Positions 12,671-24,968 of a stretch of 64,000 nucleotides of DNA are shown piece by piece. Position 1 is the stretch's first letter. Every line of letters starts with the position of its first letter. The notes beneath the pieces were generated by a model. The model searched no databases. It worked only from the letters and a program-made list of their open reading frames with translations, and had not been told where the DNA came from. Made by a program: the position numbers and the translations under genes. The stretch lies in contig NC_045696.1 in assembly GCF_009834535.1 (NCBI RefSeq), positions 67,024,001 through 67,088,000 on the forward strand, in the 5' to 3' direction. This DNA comes from Camelus ferus. Lineage: Eukaryota.

Positions 12671-13900
12671 TACATTTAGTTTAATTAATTTCAATCTTTC
12701 TTCCTTTCTAATATATGCAATTCAAGGCTAAACACTTCTTTGTAAATACAGCTTTCACTGCATCCCACAAGTTTTACTATGTAATGTAGTGTTTTCATTT
12801 GCTTGGTTCAAAATATTTTCTAATTTCCCTTTAATTTCTTCTTTATTGTCTGATATAGAAATGTCTTTTTCATTCTAAACTTGGATTTTTTGGAAAGTTT
12901 TCTTTAAAGTATGTATTTCTAGCTTAATTATCTTGTCTTCAGTTAACATATTCTGGGTGTATTTAATCCTTGAACAATTGTTAAACCTGCTACCCAAATT
13001 AAGGTCAACTTTTATAAACAGTTATATCACTGGATACTGAGAAAGAAAGAGTGTTCTTCAGTTATTGGATACAATGTTTTGTATGTTCCTAAGGTCTAGT
13101 TTGTGATAATAGCGCTTAACTATACTCTGTCTTTACTGAATTTAGGTCTGATCTGCTTAATCTACCAATTACTCAGAGAAATTTGTTAAAATACCTCACT
13201 GTGATTGCGGACTTATTTATCTCACAACTCTGCTGAGTTTTTGCTTTTCATATTTTGAAGCTGTGTTATTAGCAGAATATAAATAAAAAATTGTTAACTT
13301 CCTAGTGAATTAAAATGCCTATCATTATAAAATGATCTTTTTCTTTTACTCTAATAATGGTTTTACCTTATACTTTATTGTTTGATATTAACGATATTAT
13401 CTTTCAGTGGGTAGTTTCATAGTATACCATTTTCCATCTGTTTAGTTTCAAACTTTCTATAACTTTTGTTATATAAATTCTTTTTAATAGTATTAATTAT
13501 ATCTTTTTCTAATTTAATATGATGGCCTTATGTTTAATTATTTAATTTAATTCATTTACATTTCAGTGTTCTAATACATTAGTATCGTCCTTCATCCTTT
13601 CCATTTGCTCCCCTCTTCTATACACTTTCTTTCTCCTTTTTGACTTTCCTTTGAAATTTTTTCTAATTATATTTTGCTACTTACTTTTTTGGGAGTAACA
13701 CATTCTTTTTCTATTCTTTCTGTGGCTATTGAAAAAGTTACAGCAGAATCATCATCTCAAAATATATATTTAATTAATAACACTTACCCTTGTTCTGAAT
13801 AATCTAGGACCTTGAAACTTTTCCTTTACCATACCCTTGACTTATATGCTTCTGTTTTTGTGTATTTTAATTGTCTTTTTTTTTTTTAACTTCATGATAA
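12671..13900 (-). mobile_element. Old L1M fragment (ORF2 5'/endonuclease region, decayed)
   Basis: T-rich antisense L1 motifs: CAGCTTTCACTGCATCCCACAAGTTTT, GTTAAAATACCTCACTGTGATTGCGGACTT, TATTTTGAAGCTGTGTTATTAG. Confidence 0.8.
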
Positions 13901-13944
13901 TTTATTTCCCTAGACCTCACTGTTGCAATCTTCCGCGCCTTAGC

Positions 13945-14341
13945 AAAGATGAAATGTTTGACTACAGGGCATCATGTGATCATGCAGCCAGTGCTGTCCA
14001 CCATGAGCTGGGTTTCATTAGACTCACAGATTATTTAGTCAGGTAGATCTTATAATGGTCCGTCATAACCTGGAGATTTTACAATGGCGATTAAACACAA
14101 GCAGGGCTAAAGGACATGAGTGAGCCACATGAGCAAGTAGCTCAGAAGCCCATGCTATTAACCATGGTTGCACCAATACTTCTTCCCTCCACTCACACCT
14201 TTGGTTTCCTGGGCACTTTTGTTGTCCTCTAATAGAAAATGGAAGAAGCTGAGCTTACATTATGGATAGGTTGGTTCCATATGTGGATACAAGGTGAAAA
14301 TGGAAAGCAGCTGCACTAAAACTCCACTCGAGTAATCTTGA
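13945..14341 (+). mobile_element. ERVL-type internal region, pol (connection domain to start of RNase H), left half
   Basis: Degenerate ERVL pol sequence (GHHVIMQP...MSWV; HEQVAQKPM; AAAL..PL), interrupted by the L1 at 14342. Confidence 0.75.
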
Positions 14342-14754
14342 GTTTTTCACCATTGAGTACTATGCTGGCTGTAGACTTGTCATATATAGCTTTTATTATG
14401 TTGAGGTATGTTCCCTCTATACCCACTTTGTGAAAGTTTTTATCATAAATGGGTGTTAAATTTTATCAAATCCTTTTTCTGCATCTATTGAGATGATCAT
14501 GAGGTTTTTGTCTTTTCTCTTGTTGATGTGATGTATTACATCAATTGATTTATGTATGTTGAACCACCCTTGTGTCCCTGGGATGAACCCCCACTTGATC
14601 ATGATGTATAATCTTTTTTATGTGCTGTTGGATTCTATTTGCTAATATTTTGGTAAGGATTTTTGCATCTATGTTCATCAGTGATATTGGTCTGTAATTC
14701 TCTTTTTTGGTAGTGTCTTTGCCTGGTTTTGGTATCAGGGTGATGGTGGCTTCA
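14342..14754 (-). pseudogene. Inverted L1 ORF2 segment (N-terminal part of the RT domain)
   Basis: ORF track gives [55 protein letters not shown]; the segment ends in PTASIVLNGEKL-coding sequence. Confidence 0.95.
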
Positions 14755-16623
14755 CCACTAAAATCTGGGACAAGACAAGGCTGCCCATTATCACCACTCC
14801 TATTCAACATAGTCTTGGAAGTCCTAGCCACAGCAATCAGGCAAGAGAGAAATAAAAGGGATCCAGATTGGAAAAGAAGAGGTAAAAGTGTCACTATAAT
14901 ACAGATGACATGATACTATATATAGAAAACCCTAAAAGATACATACAAAAACTACTAAAATTAATCGAAGAATTCAGCAAGGTAGCAGGTTACAAGATTA
15001 ACGTTAAAAAATCAGTTGCATTTCCTTACATTAACAATGAATCAACAGAAAAAGAAAGTAAAGAAACAATCTCCTTTAAAATAGCACCCAAAGTAATAAA
15101 ATATCTGGGAATAAATCTAACCAAGGAGGTGAAAGACTTATACATGGAAAACTATAAACCATTCATGAAGGAAATTAAAGAAGACTTAAAAATAAATAGA
15201 AAGATATCCCATGCTCCTGGATTGGAAAAATCAATATTGTTAAAATGGTCACACTGCCCAAGGCAATCTATAGATTTAATGTAATCCCTATCAAATTACC
15301 CAGGACATATTTCACAGAACTAGAACAAATCATAATAAAATTTATATGGAACCACAAAAGACCTAGAATGGCCAAAGCATTACTGAAGAAAAAGAAACAG
15401 GCTGGAGGAATAACTCTCCCATACTTCAGACAATTCTATAGAGCTACAGTCATCAAGAAAGCAAAGTATTGGTACAAAAACAGACATATGGACCAAGGAA
15501 CAGAATAAAGAGCCCAGAAATGAACCCACAAACTTTAGTCAACTAATATTTGACAAAGGAGGCGAGAAAATACAGTGTAATAAAGACAGTCTCTTCAGCA
15601 AATGGTGTTGGGAAAACTGGACAGCAGCATGTAAAGCAATGAAGCTAGAACACTCCCTTACACCATATACAAAAATAAACTCTAAATGGATCAAAGACTT
15701 AAACATAAGACAAGATACAATAAACCTCCTAGAAGAAAATATAGGCAAAACATTATCTGACAAACATCTTAAAAATGTTCTCCTAGGGCAGTCTACCCAA
15801 GCAATAGAAATAAAACCAAGAATAAACAAATGGGACTTAATTAAACTTACAAGCTTCTGAACAGCAAAGGAAACCATAAGTAAAACAAAATGACAACCTA
15901 CAGAATGGGAGAAAAAATTTGCAAACAATGAAACCGACAAAGGTTTGATCTCCAGAATATATAAGCAACTCATATGACTTAATAAGAAAAAAAACAAACA
16001 ACTCAATCCAAAAACGGGCATAAGAGCTAAACAAGCAATTCTCCAAGGAAGAAATACAAATGATCAATAGGCACATGAAAAAATGGTCAATATCACTAAT
16101 TATCAGATAAATGGAAATCAAAACTATAATGAGGTATCACCTCACACCAGACAGAATGGCCATCATTTAAAAGCCCACAAATGACAAATGCTGGAGAGGC
16201 TGTTGAGAAAAGGGAACCCTCCTACACTTCTGGTGGGAATGCAGTTTGGTGCAGCCACTGTGGAAAACAGTATGGAGATTCCTCAAAAGACCAGGAATAG
16301 ACTTACCATATGACCCAGGAATCCCACTCCTGGGCATATATCGAGAAGGAACTCTACTACAAAATGACACCTGCACCCCAATGTTCATAGCAGCACTATT
16401 TACAATAGCCAAGACATGGAAACAGCCTAAATGTCCACTGACAGATGACTGGATAAAGAAGAAGTGGTATATTTATACAATGGAATACTACTCAGCCATA
16501 AAAATGACAACATAACGCCATTTGCAGCAACATGGATGTCCCTGGAAAGTGTCATTCTAAGAGAAGTAAGCCAGAAAGAGAAAGAAAAATACCATATGAG
16601 ATCGCTTATATGTGGAATCTTAA
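14755..16623 (+). pseudogene. L1 ORF2 remnant (RT core to Cys-rich C-terminus), multiple frameshifts and stops
   Basis: [108 protein letters not shown] spread over several frames. Confidence 0.96.
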
Positions 16624-16969
16624 AAAAAAAAAAAAGGAACATAAATACAAAACAGAAACAGACTCATAGACATAGAATACAAACTTGTGGTTGCCAGGGG
16701 GATGGGAAGTGGGAAAGGACAGACTGGGATTTCAAAATTTGTAGATAGTGACAGGCATATGCAGAATAGATAAACAAGATGATACTATATAGCACAAGGA
16801 AATATATACAAGATCTTGTGGTAGCTCACAGGGAAAAAAAAATGTGACAATGAATATATGTATGTTCCTGTGTAACTGAAAAACTGTGCTCTACACTGGA
16901 ATTTGACACAACATTGTAAAATGACTATAACTCTATAAAAAATGTTAAAAAAAAAAAGAGTAATCTTGA

Positions 16970-18045
16970 AAGGTACTTGTAAGTAGAAATCTTTCTAGTG
17001 GACACAGCGTGGAGCTGGTATACCTAGTCATCAATAGAGTGTGGAAAGAAAATAGTCTGTGGTAAGAATATATACAGCTTCAAGGTCAGTGTTAAATGGT
17101 TCAGCTGACATGTCAGAGCCCTGAATAGAGAAAGACTGGAAAATCAAGACAAGGAAATCTGGGGAAGAAGTTGTGATGGACATATTGGAAAGGATAACAA
17201 ATGTAGAGAACTTCGCACTGCATGTTAATGCCCACCTATCCCAGAGGAATCAGTAAACAACCAAGTAGACAGTCTCCTGGCCAGAGGATATCAGCCAGAA
17301 TCATTCATTATACTCTCCTTACCCTGCCTGGTGACACTATGTGTTCATTTGGTAGCAGGGGAAAAGGGAGACCACAGAAGTAAACCTGGAGGCAATGAGT
17401 AGACCAAATAGTCCACTGGCTTTCCCTCACCAAGTCTGATCTAACTACTTCCACTGTCTAGTACCCAACATTCCCGAAGAGAGCAAAGCTGAGCTTCAAA
17501 TATAACTACATTTCTTGAGACCAAGTCCATATCACTTGGTGATAAGTGATTCCATCTTGGAAAAGGTAGAATTTCAAATTGGTTGGAATTGACAAATTTT
17601 TCTGCCTGTAGGGTCCTCAACAACATCATGTAAAAGGGTTTATAGAGCATCCGACACACTGATCCAGATCCCAGAAAGCATCAAACCAGGAAGGACCAAA
17701 AGATCCATATTTGCAGCAAGTGTGTTGCAGTAATGAGTACACAGTCAGTGGTCTTATGGATACAGCGTGGCCCAAACACTGCTGATATGACGAAATAATG
17801 ATACAGCTGATACACTGGCTTAGAGATGACACCTGTGAGCTTAGGAAGGCATCCTCCAGGAAGCAGTGTACGCTTAAGCGAATGGCCTTTACATGGTACT
17901 GTCTCTAGTAGGAAGAATACAGGGGTGTAGGAATGAAGAAGTGGAAATAAGAGTGTCCTAGTTTACCACCATTACCAGCAACATGTCTGAGGAACTTGTA
18001 CTTTAAGTCTCCTTAACATTAATCTTTATAAGTCTAAAGAGCTTC
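16970..18045 (+). mobile_element. ERVL-type internal region, pol (RNase H and integrase), right half
   Basis: Continues RNase H across the TSD (AAATCTTTCTAGTGG, GTAAGAATATATACAG, GACTGGAAAATC, CATGTTAATGCCCAC = HVNAH), then integrase-like CCCTCACCAAGTCTGATCTA and GGAATTGAC; heavily decayed. Confidence 0.8.
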
Positions 18046-18747
18046 TTTAGTGTCAGACAAGGTGCTATTTGAAAGAATGGTAGACAAGGAAGATACCATC
18101 TCTCACAGTTTACAGTGATTGGGGGGGTGGGAATTGAAATATTGATAATAAGAGTAGTACAAAGTATCGTGAAAACACCAAGAAGAGGGTCCTAAGTGAA
18201 ATATGTGTATTTTTTCTTAAAGTGGGCAGGGATGAGGTTGGGATTGAAAGAGAATTAGTTAAGGCAGGAAAGACTTCCAGGGAGAGGTAATGACTGAATT
18301 GGATTCTGTAGGGGGAAGAAAAGGCAGTTAATCATGAAGATGTCAAGATGAAAGTCATACAGGGAAATAACAGAGAAACTTCTGTGAAGACAAGGAGATG
18401 TACAGATTTCCATTTCCAGTAAGTGGCATGAAGTTTGAAAGGAAAAGGAATGTGCCAGAAGATTAGGCTGCATAGGAAGACAGAAGACAAAGCAAAAGCC
18501 TTTAATGCCAAAGATGCCGGAGGGTAGTAGGAAGTCATCAAAGGGTTTTCATCAGGAGAATGAGGTGGCTCCCTGGGCACTGTGCAAATAGAACTGGAAA
18601 CGCCCATCCTTGCATACCTTGTCCTCACCCCACTTCAGAAAAGGAAAACCCTCCCTTCGACAAAGAACTCATATCTTTAAAAGATTCATGGACTTCTGGA
18701 GAAACTCCAGTGTAATACTCCAAGTTCAGAACCAACGGGGTTCTTTT

Positions 18748-18825
18748 GAGAGACAGAGAGAGAGAGGGAGACAGAGAGAGAGAGAGAGGGAGGGAGGGAG
18801 GAGGGAACGGAAAGAGAGAAGAGAA
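18748..18825. repeat. (GA)n / GGGA purine microsatellite
   Basis: GAGAGACAGAGAGAGAGAGGGAGACAGAGAGAGAGAGAGAGGGAGGGAGGGAG... Confidence 0.95.
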
Positions 18826-19589
18826 AAAACAGCACTTTTGAGAGAATGAGTGTGTCTTCTACTTTTTTGGAGGGGGAAAGAGATAACTTTAGATTTTTGG
18901 ATAATCAGGCCCTGATTACAGAGGCAGAGGGTATAATTACTTCAGTAATGAGTTGGTTTAGGAACCAGGGTTTCCATTAAGAGAAGAGGACAAGAAAAGC
19001 TACAAGAAAATCTTCCTGAGCTGGAACACTGGGTTTTAGTTCTGCAAAGAATCACAAATGAGTTACACCAAGGGTAACACTTTGTTAAGAGATTAGTCTC
19101 AGGAAATAAATGAAAAAATACATAGGCTCACTAACATGAGCTTGCTAATTGGCCTTCAGTTAAAAGCGACTCCATTCTGGAAGCACGAAGGAGCATTTAG
19201 CTCATGGAGCACACTTTCTCATTTCCTTTAGGATTTCAGATGTAAAGCCCGAATGCATTAGAAACCTTATTCTATCGAATATATTCTCTGTGTGTGCCAG
19301 CTTCCCTTTAGATTTTTTGTATTTATCACTAATTGCTCCCTTCTCAATACTCACGTAGCACCTTTCCACAACCAATTGTCATGTCTGTCTTAACTCACAG
19401 GGTTGTGAATGTAGACTTCACTGCAGATTCCAGGAAGCATGGAATTTTAGCTAGAAAGACTCTGAATTCCAGTCCTGCCACTTGCTAGTGGCCTGAGGCA
19501 ATGGAACCTTTCAAAGGGGCTCAGTTTGCTCACCTGTGAATTGGAGGCACAAAGCTTCTGATGGAATGTTCTTACTGCGTTCCTCTGAC

Positions 19590-19758
19590 GAATGATTCTC
19601 AGCCCAAGCCAGACATTAGAATCACTTGAGAAGCTTTCTAAAAAGACCTCTGACAGGGTGGCATCTTCAGAGATTCTAATTTAATGGACGAGGGCGTTAG
19701 GATTTTTCAAAAGTTCCTCAAGTGATTCAACTGGACAGTGGAGTGCACAACCACTGCC
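19590..19758. mobile_element. MER5-type hAT DNA transposon fossil
   Basis: TGATTCTCA...CATTAGAATCACTTGAGAAGCTT...CAGAGATTCTAATTTAAT...AAGTGATTC...AACCACTG. Confidence 0.75.
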
Positions 19759-20123
19759 TCCCACTGGGCCATCCCAGCTCCACACAGCGAACGAGTGCAG
19801 AACAAAATGGGCCTCAGACCTCATGGCACTGAGCCAGGGAACAGAGGAGAGAGATAGTTTAGAAGCTCTCTGTGATCTGTCTGTTGGTGGTCCAGCAGCA
19901 GAAAGGAGACTTTAGCGTGCACCAGATTTACAGAGACTTATACTAAACCGTATACAAAGCCACAAAGATAAGCTCAAGAAGTTTTAAAATGCAGAAGTCA
20001 GAAAGATAATGTTCAACAACAAAATATAAAATGGAAGCATGTAAAAATGCAAATGAAATAGACTCCTGAGTCTCACCTTAAAATTCCTGATTCAGTAGGT
20101 CTTTTGAGAGACACTGTAATTTC

Positions 20124-20560
20124 TGTTACCAAACTCATTCTGCTCACATCACGGCAGGCTAATAAATTGGTAGACTAGGTGTTGGAGGAAGGACTAACAA
20201 CTGGATTCGGAAAGCCAGCAGATCAAGAAGATGGGGGACAATTGTCCTAGAGAGCCATCTTACCCAAGTCAGAATTGAGGCAGCTGTCCAAGTAGGTCAG
20301 GTCACAATGTTCCTATAAACCTCCAACAAGGCAAATGTTATTTTCTATTCTGCAACTTTTTATCTTTATATGAATGGGACAATGTCATACCCTTAAAGAT
20401 CAGAGCCTTGAGAATAGGTTGTCTTATATATTTCAGGCTATAGGCAAAATTCTTTTACAAAAGGTGCAGAACCAGCATGACTAAGCACAGGAAACAGAGC
20501 ACAGGATTAGAGCCAAAAAAAAAATCTAATATGGAGTCAGATTTGTTCTTCCCTACTATA
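20124..20560 (-). mobile_element. ERV1-class solo LTR (437 bp) with 4-bp TSD
   Basis: Begins TGTTACC and ends CTATA (terminal CA presumably mutated); TTTC at both 20120-20123 and 20561-20564; 4-bp TSDs are typical of class I ERVs; orientation from recalled consensus. Confidence 0.8.
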
Positions 20561-20568
20561 TTTCCATC

Positions 20569-20626
20569 GCTGACAAATTCCCAGGTAAGGCTGATGCTGA
20601 CAAATTCCCAGGTAAGGCTGATGCTG
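20569..20626. repeat. Perfect 27-bp tandem duplication
   Basis: GCTGACAAATTCCCAGGTAAGGCTGAT at 20569-20595 and 20596-20622, followed by GCTG. Confidence 0.97.
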
Positions 20627-22029
20627 CTGGTCCAGGGACCACACTTGAGACCCCACCAGGGCACTAGCACAGTGAGCTCCCTTCAACTGGGTTATCAAGG
20701 ATCAATACGTTGCTCCCAAATGTGTTTAGGATTCTCTTCTTTTTCGTGTAACTTAATTCAAATTTGGTAACTAGTGAAATACAAATGTCAAGAAAAGAGT
20801 TTGTTCTGTTTTTCTCTAAAAGCTAAGTATCATATTTTGGAATACCCCCAAAGGAATGTTCCTTTTTTAAACAAGTATCACGTTAGTTGCCTGTCAGGTG
20901 AGAATGCTGAAAAATTGGGGGTGGCAGGTGGGGAAAGAGAATTATAAAACTCTTTAACATCTGCATTCTTGGTGCTTCACAGGTGTTTTATGATTTCTTT
21001 GCTTCATCGTAAAGATATTGAAACTAGAAAAAGCCTTGGCTTGGCACTACATCAGAATATAATGAATACAATGTATATGTACATATACTTCATTTAAAAA
21101 ACATGTTTCTGAAAAATCCTTCTAAAAAGGCATGCATAGTATTTTTATTCTCCTTAATCCATATATTGTCTTTATTCTTATTACTGTATATTTAATTCAG
21201 AAATCAACTGACCAGTTATTGATACCTGTAATGGTTAAACTCAGATCTTAATAATTTTTTGCCTACATAGGAACTATGGAGATTTCTCTTCATTTTAGGG
21301 CAAATAGAAAAATAAACTTGGGAAGCATGAATGTATTCTGCAGTGAAAGAGAAAAAGTAGCCTTGTTCTGAGGATTTGGAAGACTTTCATACACACATAC
21401 ACAGAAACATGTGGTGTATCTCTTTATCTCTGTCTACATCACAAATATTGTTACCTAGGCATTTTTTACGTACATATAAATTGCTTCTTTTTCCTTTACT
21501 CAATATTTATTAGGTGAAATTTTTAAAAAATTCTACATGCTATTGATTATTTTATATTAGTTTAATATAATACAGCTTCTTCTTTAAATATTATTATTAT
21601 TATTACTACTACTATTATTATGAATGATACGTGGAGTCTTCAGAAAGCATTTTCTTTCTTGTATTCAAAGCTGGATATATATCTAATAATGCTGCCTAAT
21701 TAATTGTATTGTGTGATTATTTTTGATATCTTTCTGTAATTACAAACTTAAAATGTCATGTTAAAGTTTTTCAGTATGACTGTGTCCTGTTCTGTCTGAA
21801 AAACTCCTGGTAATTCTCAAAGTACCAAGTGACATTTTTCCTCTTCCTTGAGCCCTTCTACTGGAATTTACTTTGGCTTAGTACTAATTTATGCTATATT
21901 GCAAATATTTATTTCATGTTTGTTTATAGCTTATGATAAACCTTGCCATATACCTTATTTAGGCAAACTTTTCCCTAATGTTTATCTAGAAGAAAAAAAT
22001 ATCAGGGGTAGTTTTTAAAAACTATGAAT

Positions 22030-22870
22030 AATTAGATTAATATGAGAGGGGAAAAACTCTAACTTGCTATTAGAACATATTATAAAGCCACAATGTGTTA
22101 TTAGCACAAGAGTATATATTTCAGTGAAACAGACTAAGTTATTCATCTATAAACCCCATTATAGATAGAGAGATTTTATGGGAAAAAAGAGAGAATCAAA
22201 AATAGAGAAGGTATTAATCAATGCACAGAATAGGGAATAATGATTGCCATTTGGATAAAAATAATTTAGATTCTTACTCAGACTGTACATTCTTTACTTC
22301 TAGACAAACAAACCATTAACAATATTTGTAAAGACTAGTATGTAATCGTAGGTAAAAATAAGTACATGTATATGTGATGAACTTACATAGAGGGATAGAT
22401 AATAGGTAGATCTTAGACCATTTTTTTATAGTTAAAGTGAAAAACCAACAGCAACAAATAAGAATAAAATAACCTGGGAGAAAGTTTCTGACAATCTGAT
22501 AGAAATAAATATTTGTTGATAAACATATAAACATTAATATAAAAAATAAAAGTGCCTTAAAATAAATGGAGGGAAAATAAACTTGTAACAAAAGAAGAAC
22601 AAAAGTTAGCTCACAAACATGGGAATATATTCCTCTCACTAGTAAATCAGAAAAGGCAATTTAAAACGAGATGCAATTTTGAACTACCAAACTAGAAAGC
22701 ACTTTAATGACAATTCATAATGTCATTCAAGGTGCAGTGAAGTACACATTCCCATCGATCACTGTTTGAACTCTTAGGAAAAAGTAAATTTCAGTGGTGT
22801 ATGAAAATATTCATCCATTGTGCTTTATATTTTGGGAAAAATCATCCTAAATAATTTAGTAATAAATGTG
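22030..22870 (+). mobile_element. Old L1M ORF2 3' fragment
   Basis: A-rich decayed L1 motifs: TATTATAAAGCCACA, AATTTAGATTCTTACTCA, CTCACTAGTAAATCAG...TTAAAAC.AGATG. Confidence 0.65.
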
Positions 22871-22889
22871 GATTTATAAAGGAAAACTT

Positions 22890-23030
22890 AACTGTGCACC
22901 CAGTATTCATATTCCCTTTCCTTCGGGTGGAGTTGTTACTGGAAGTGAATTCCCAGCCTGTTTTGCATTTAGGTGGAGCCACATGACTAAGTTCCATCAA
23001 ACAGAATGGGGGTAGATTTAATCTAAGCTG
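22890..23030 (+). mobile_element. MLT1 LTR 5' fragment
   Basis: TTCCCAGCCTGTTTTGCATTTAGGTGGAGCCACATGACTAAGTTC is the conserved MLT1 motif. Confidence 0.7.
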
Positions 23031-23721
23031 CTCCTCGTACTGTCCAGACTCTCTAGGGTCCAAGCTTAGATAACCTTAAACAAGTTATCCAACATTTTGT
23101 TCCTCAGTTCCTCCATCTATAAAATGAGTTTTTATAGTAGTGTCTACCTCATAGCGTTAAGCATTAAAAGTAAGTTAAGACATACTGACTTTTTAGACCA
23201 GTGTCAACAGACCAGTAGTTCAAAGAAGTATAAGCATCACCAAATGCATCAAGATGCCTGTATAAGAGTTCATCTCAGAGCAGATATTGTCTGTCTTGGT
23301 CCGTAGGGGATGGGCCATTGGTCTCAAACTGAAGGAGATTCAGACTTCCCAGGGTATACCCTCCCTGCTCCTGCATAGCCAGGACAGCAGTGTTGAGATC
23401 ATTAGGCAGTGTGCTCAGTAGTGCGGGACCTGTGCTTTGATCCAGCAGATCGTCTCAAGGCCATTGGTCACCAGCGACGTGGAAGACCAGTCACTCTGAC
23501 CCCTTCAGTAAACCAAGAGAAGGGTCCTCTGCTTGCAGCTTTCCGGGAAGTTTGCACGGGACTTCATGTAAGTTCCCTGGAGGTGGGCTGTTATTCATGT
23601 AAGCAAAGGCCTGTGGCTAGACATTGAGGTAGGAAGACAGCTAAAATGAAATCTCAACAAAACACCCCTTTTGTCCTGAACATATATTTGCCTTGAAGTA
23701 ACCAAAATCTTTAAAAAAAAC

Positions 23722-23910
23722 TTATTTAATAACCACTTAGCATACAAAAGGCATTACTCTAAGAACGGCTCACACATTAACCCATGTAATCCTCATAGTA
23801 AACCAGTGAGGGATACTCTGTTATTATCCAAATTTTACTGATGAGCTTAGGTAACTTGCTCAATGTCACAGATTGTAAATAATAAAACTGTAATTCAAAC
23901 CCAGACAATA
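23722..23910 (-). mobile_element. MIR SINE
   Basis: AATCCTCATAGTAAACC...TTATTATCCAAATTTTACTGATGAG...GGTAACTTGCTCAATGTCACA...ATTCAAACCCAG. Confidence 0.85.
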
Positions 23911-24357
23911 CATCTCCCCCGTCTGTTCTCTGAGCTGCTAAGCTCTCCTTCTCTCACCATACCACAGGAGGGATGGCCATTAATGCAATTTTTAATACTA
24001 CTTTATGTTAGTATAGCATAACTGTAAATTTACAGAAAGCAATCACAACAGTTAGCCACAGACTCTCACCATCGTCTCAGGAAGTAGATAAGACTGTTAC
24101 TAATTCTCATTTTACATAAAGAAAAATTGAGGCTCAGAGAATCAAAGTAACATTCAGAGGAACACATATCTGAAATTCAAAATCTAGTCATTTGACTACT
24201 GATCCATTATTCTTTTCTTCACTCCACACTAGTTTTCTTAATCCTCTATTTTCCTTTAGGGAGAATTTAAAATCAGAATTTTTTTTTTCTATTCTCTCCA
24301 ATGTTGGCAGAGTGATTAAATCAGAGAGATGAATCTTTTTTTGTTTGTTTGTTTTAG

Positions 24358-24417
24358 ACCCAGAAAGTTAAGCAATTCTCAAAATTACTAGGAATGTTCG
24401 ATTTCAATCTTTTTCAG
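24358..24417 (+). other. Candidate 60-nt phase-0 exon (TQKVKQFSKLLGMFDFNLFQ)
   Basis: Long T tract acceptor TTTTTTTGTTTGTTTGTTTTAG|, donor CAG|GTAACC; only frame 0 is open. Confidence 0.3.
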
Positions 24418-24889
24418 GTAACCCATTTACTTATTAAGAATCAGAAGGGCTTTTGAAGCTTGATACAATTGTGCAGGATGACTGGGTAGAACATGGCAGT
24501 CCCTTTTTCCCTTCATCTTCAGCCAGCACATTAAATTGCTTTTTTGCCAGCTAGTAAGGCAGGCATGTTGGGACAGTGTAAAGGCAGGAACTGAAAGACT
24601 GGGAGAGGAAATCCTGGGGCTGCAAGAAGAGGCCTGGGTTCAAGTCCCATATGAACTCACCATGCTGTAGGGAGCCCCGGAAAGTCATTTCTGCCTTTCA
24701 GCCTCAGTTCTCTCCTCTGTTGAGTATGGGTGTTGGACTCAGTAACTGCTGAGACCCCTCCCAACTTCCCAATATTTAGTGGTTTTTAGCTCTTCCGTTG
24801 TCATTCCATGTGGTTTTGGACACACTGGGCCTCAACTGCCTATCTTGTAAACTAGCATTGCCACTGATTGGGTTCTTGTTTCACTGTAG

Positions 24890-24968
24890 AAAAAATTCAG
24901 AGATGAGATACGGAGGTTAAGAAAGTAAAGCAATAGCATGCTCTCAAAGGAATTGTGGACAGACTCAG
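24890..24968 (+). other. Candidate 79-nt exon (KKFRDEIRRLRK-stop, then UTR)
   Basis: Branch-like CACTGAT, acceptor TTCTTGTTTCACTGTAG|, donor CAG|GTGAGC; TAA at 24926-24928. Confidence 0.35.

Larger units (their letters stand above)
14342..16957 (+). mobile_element. Young 5'-truncated, 5'-inverted L1 (twin-priming structure) with 12-bp TSD
   Basis: 14342-14754 is antisense ORF2; 14755-16957 is sense ORF2, 3' UTR and poly(A); identical TSD GAGTAATCTTGA at 14330-14341 and 16958-16969. Confidence 0.96.
20050..20660. mobile_element. MER5A fossil split by an LTR insertion
   Basis: Left half TTCCTGATTCAGTAGGTC (to 20123); right half ACAAATTCCCAGGT...GATGCTGCTGGTCCAGGGACCACACTTGAGA (from 20565). 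Confidence 0.75.

Noticed and set aside
14550..14913. Overlapping antisense ORFs as novel fusion proteins
   Set aside because: Both are by-products of reading across the L1 inversion junction at 14754/14755.
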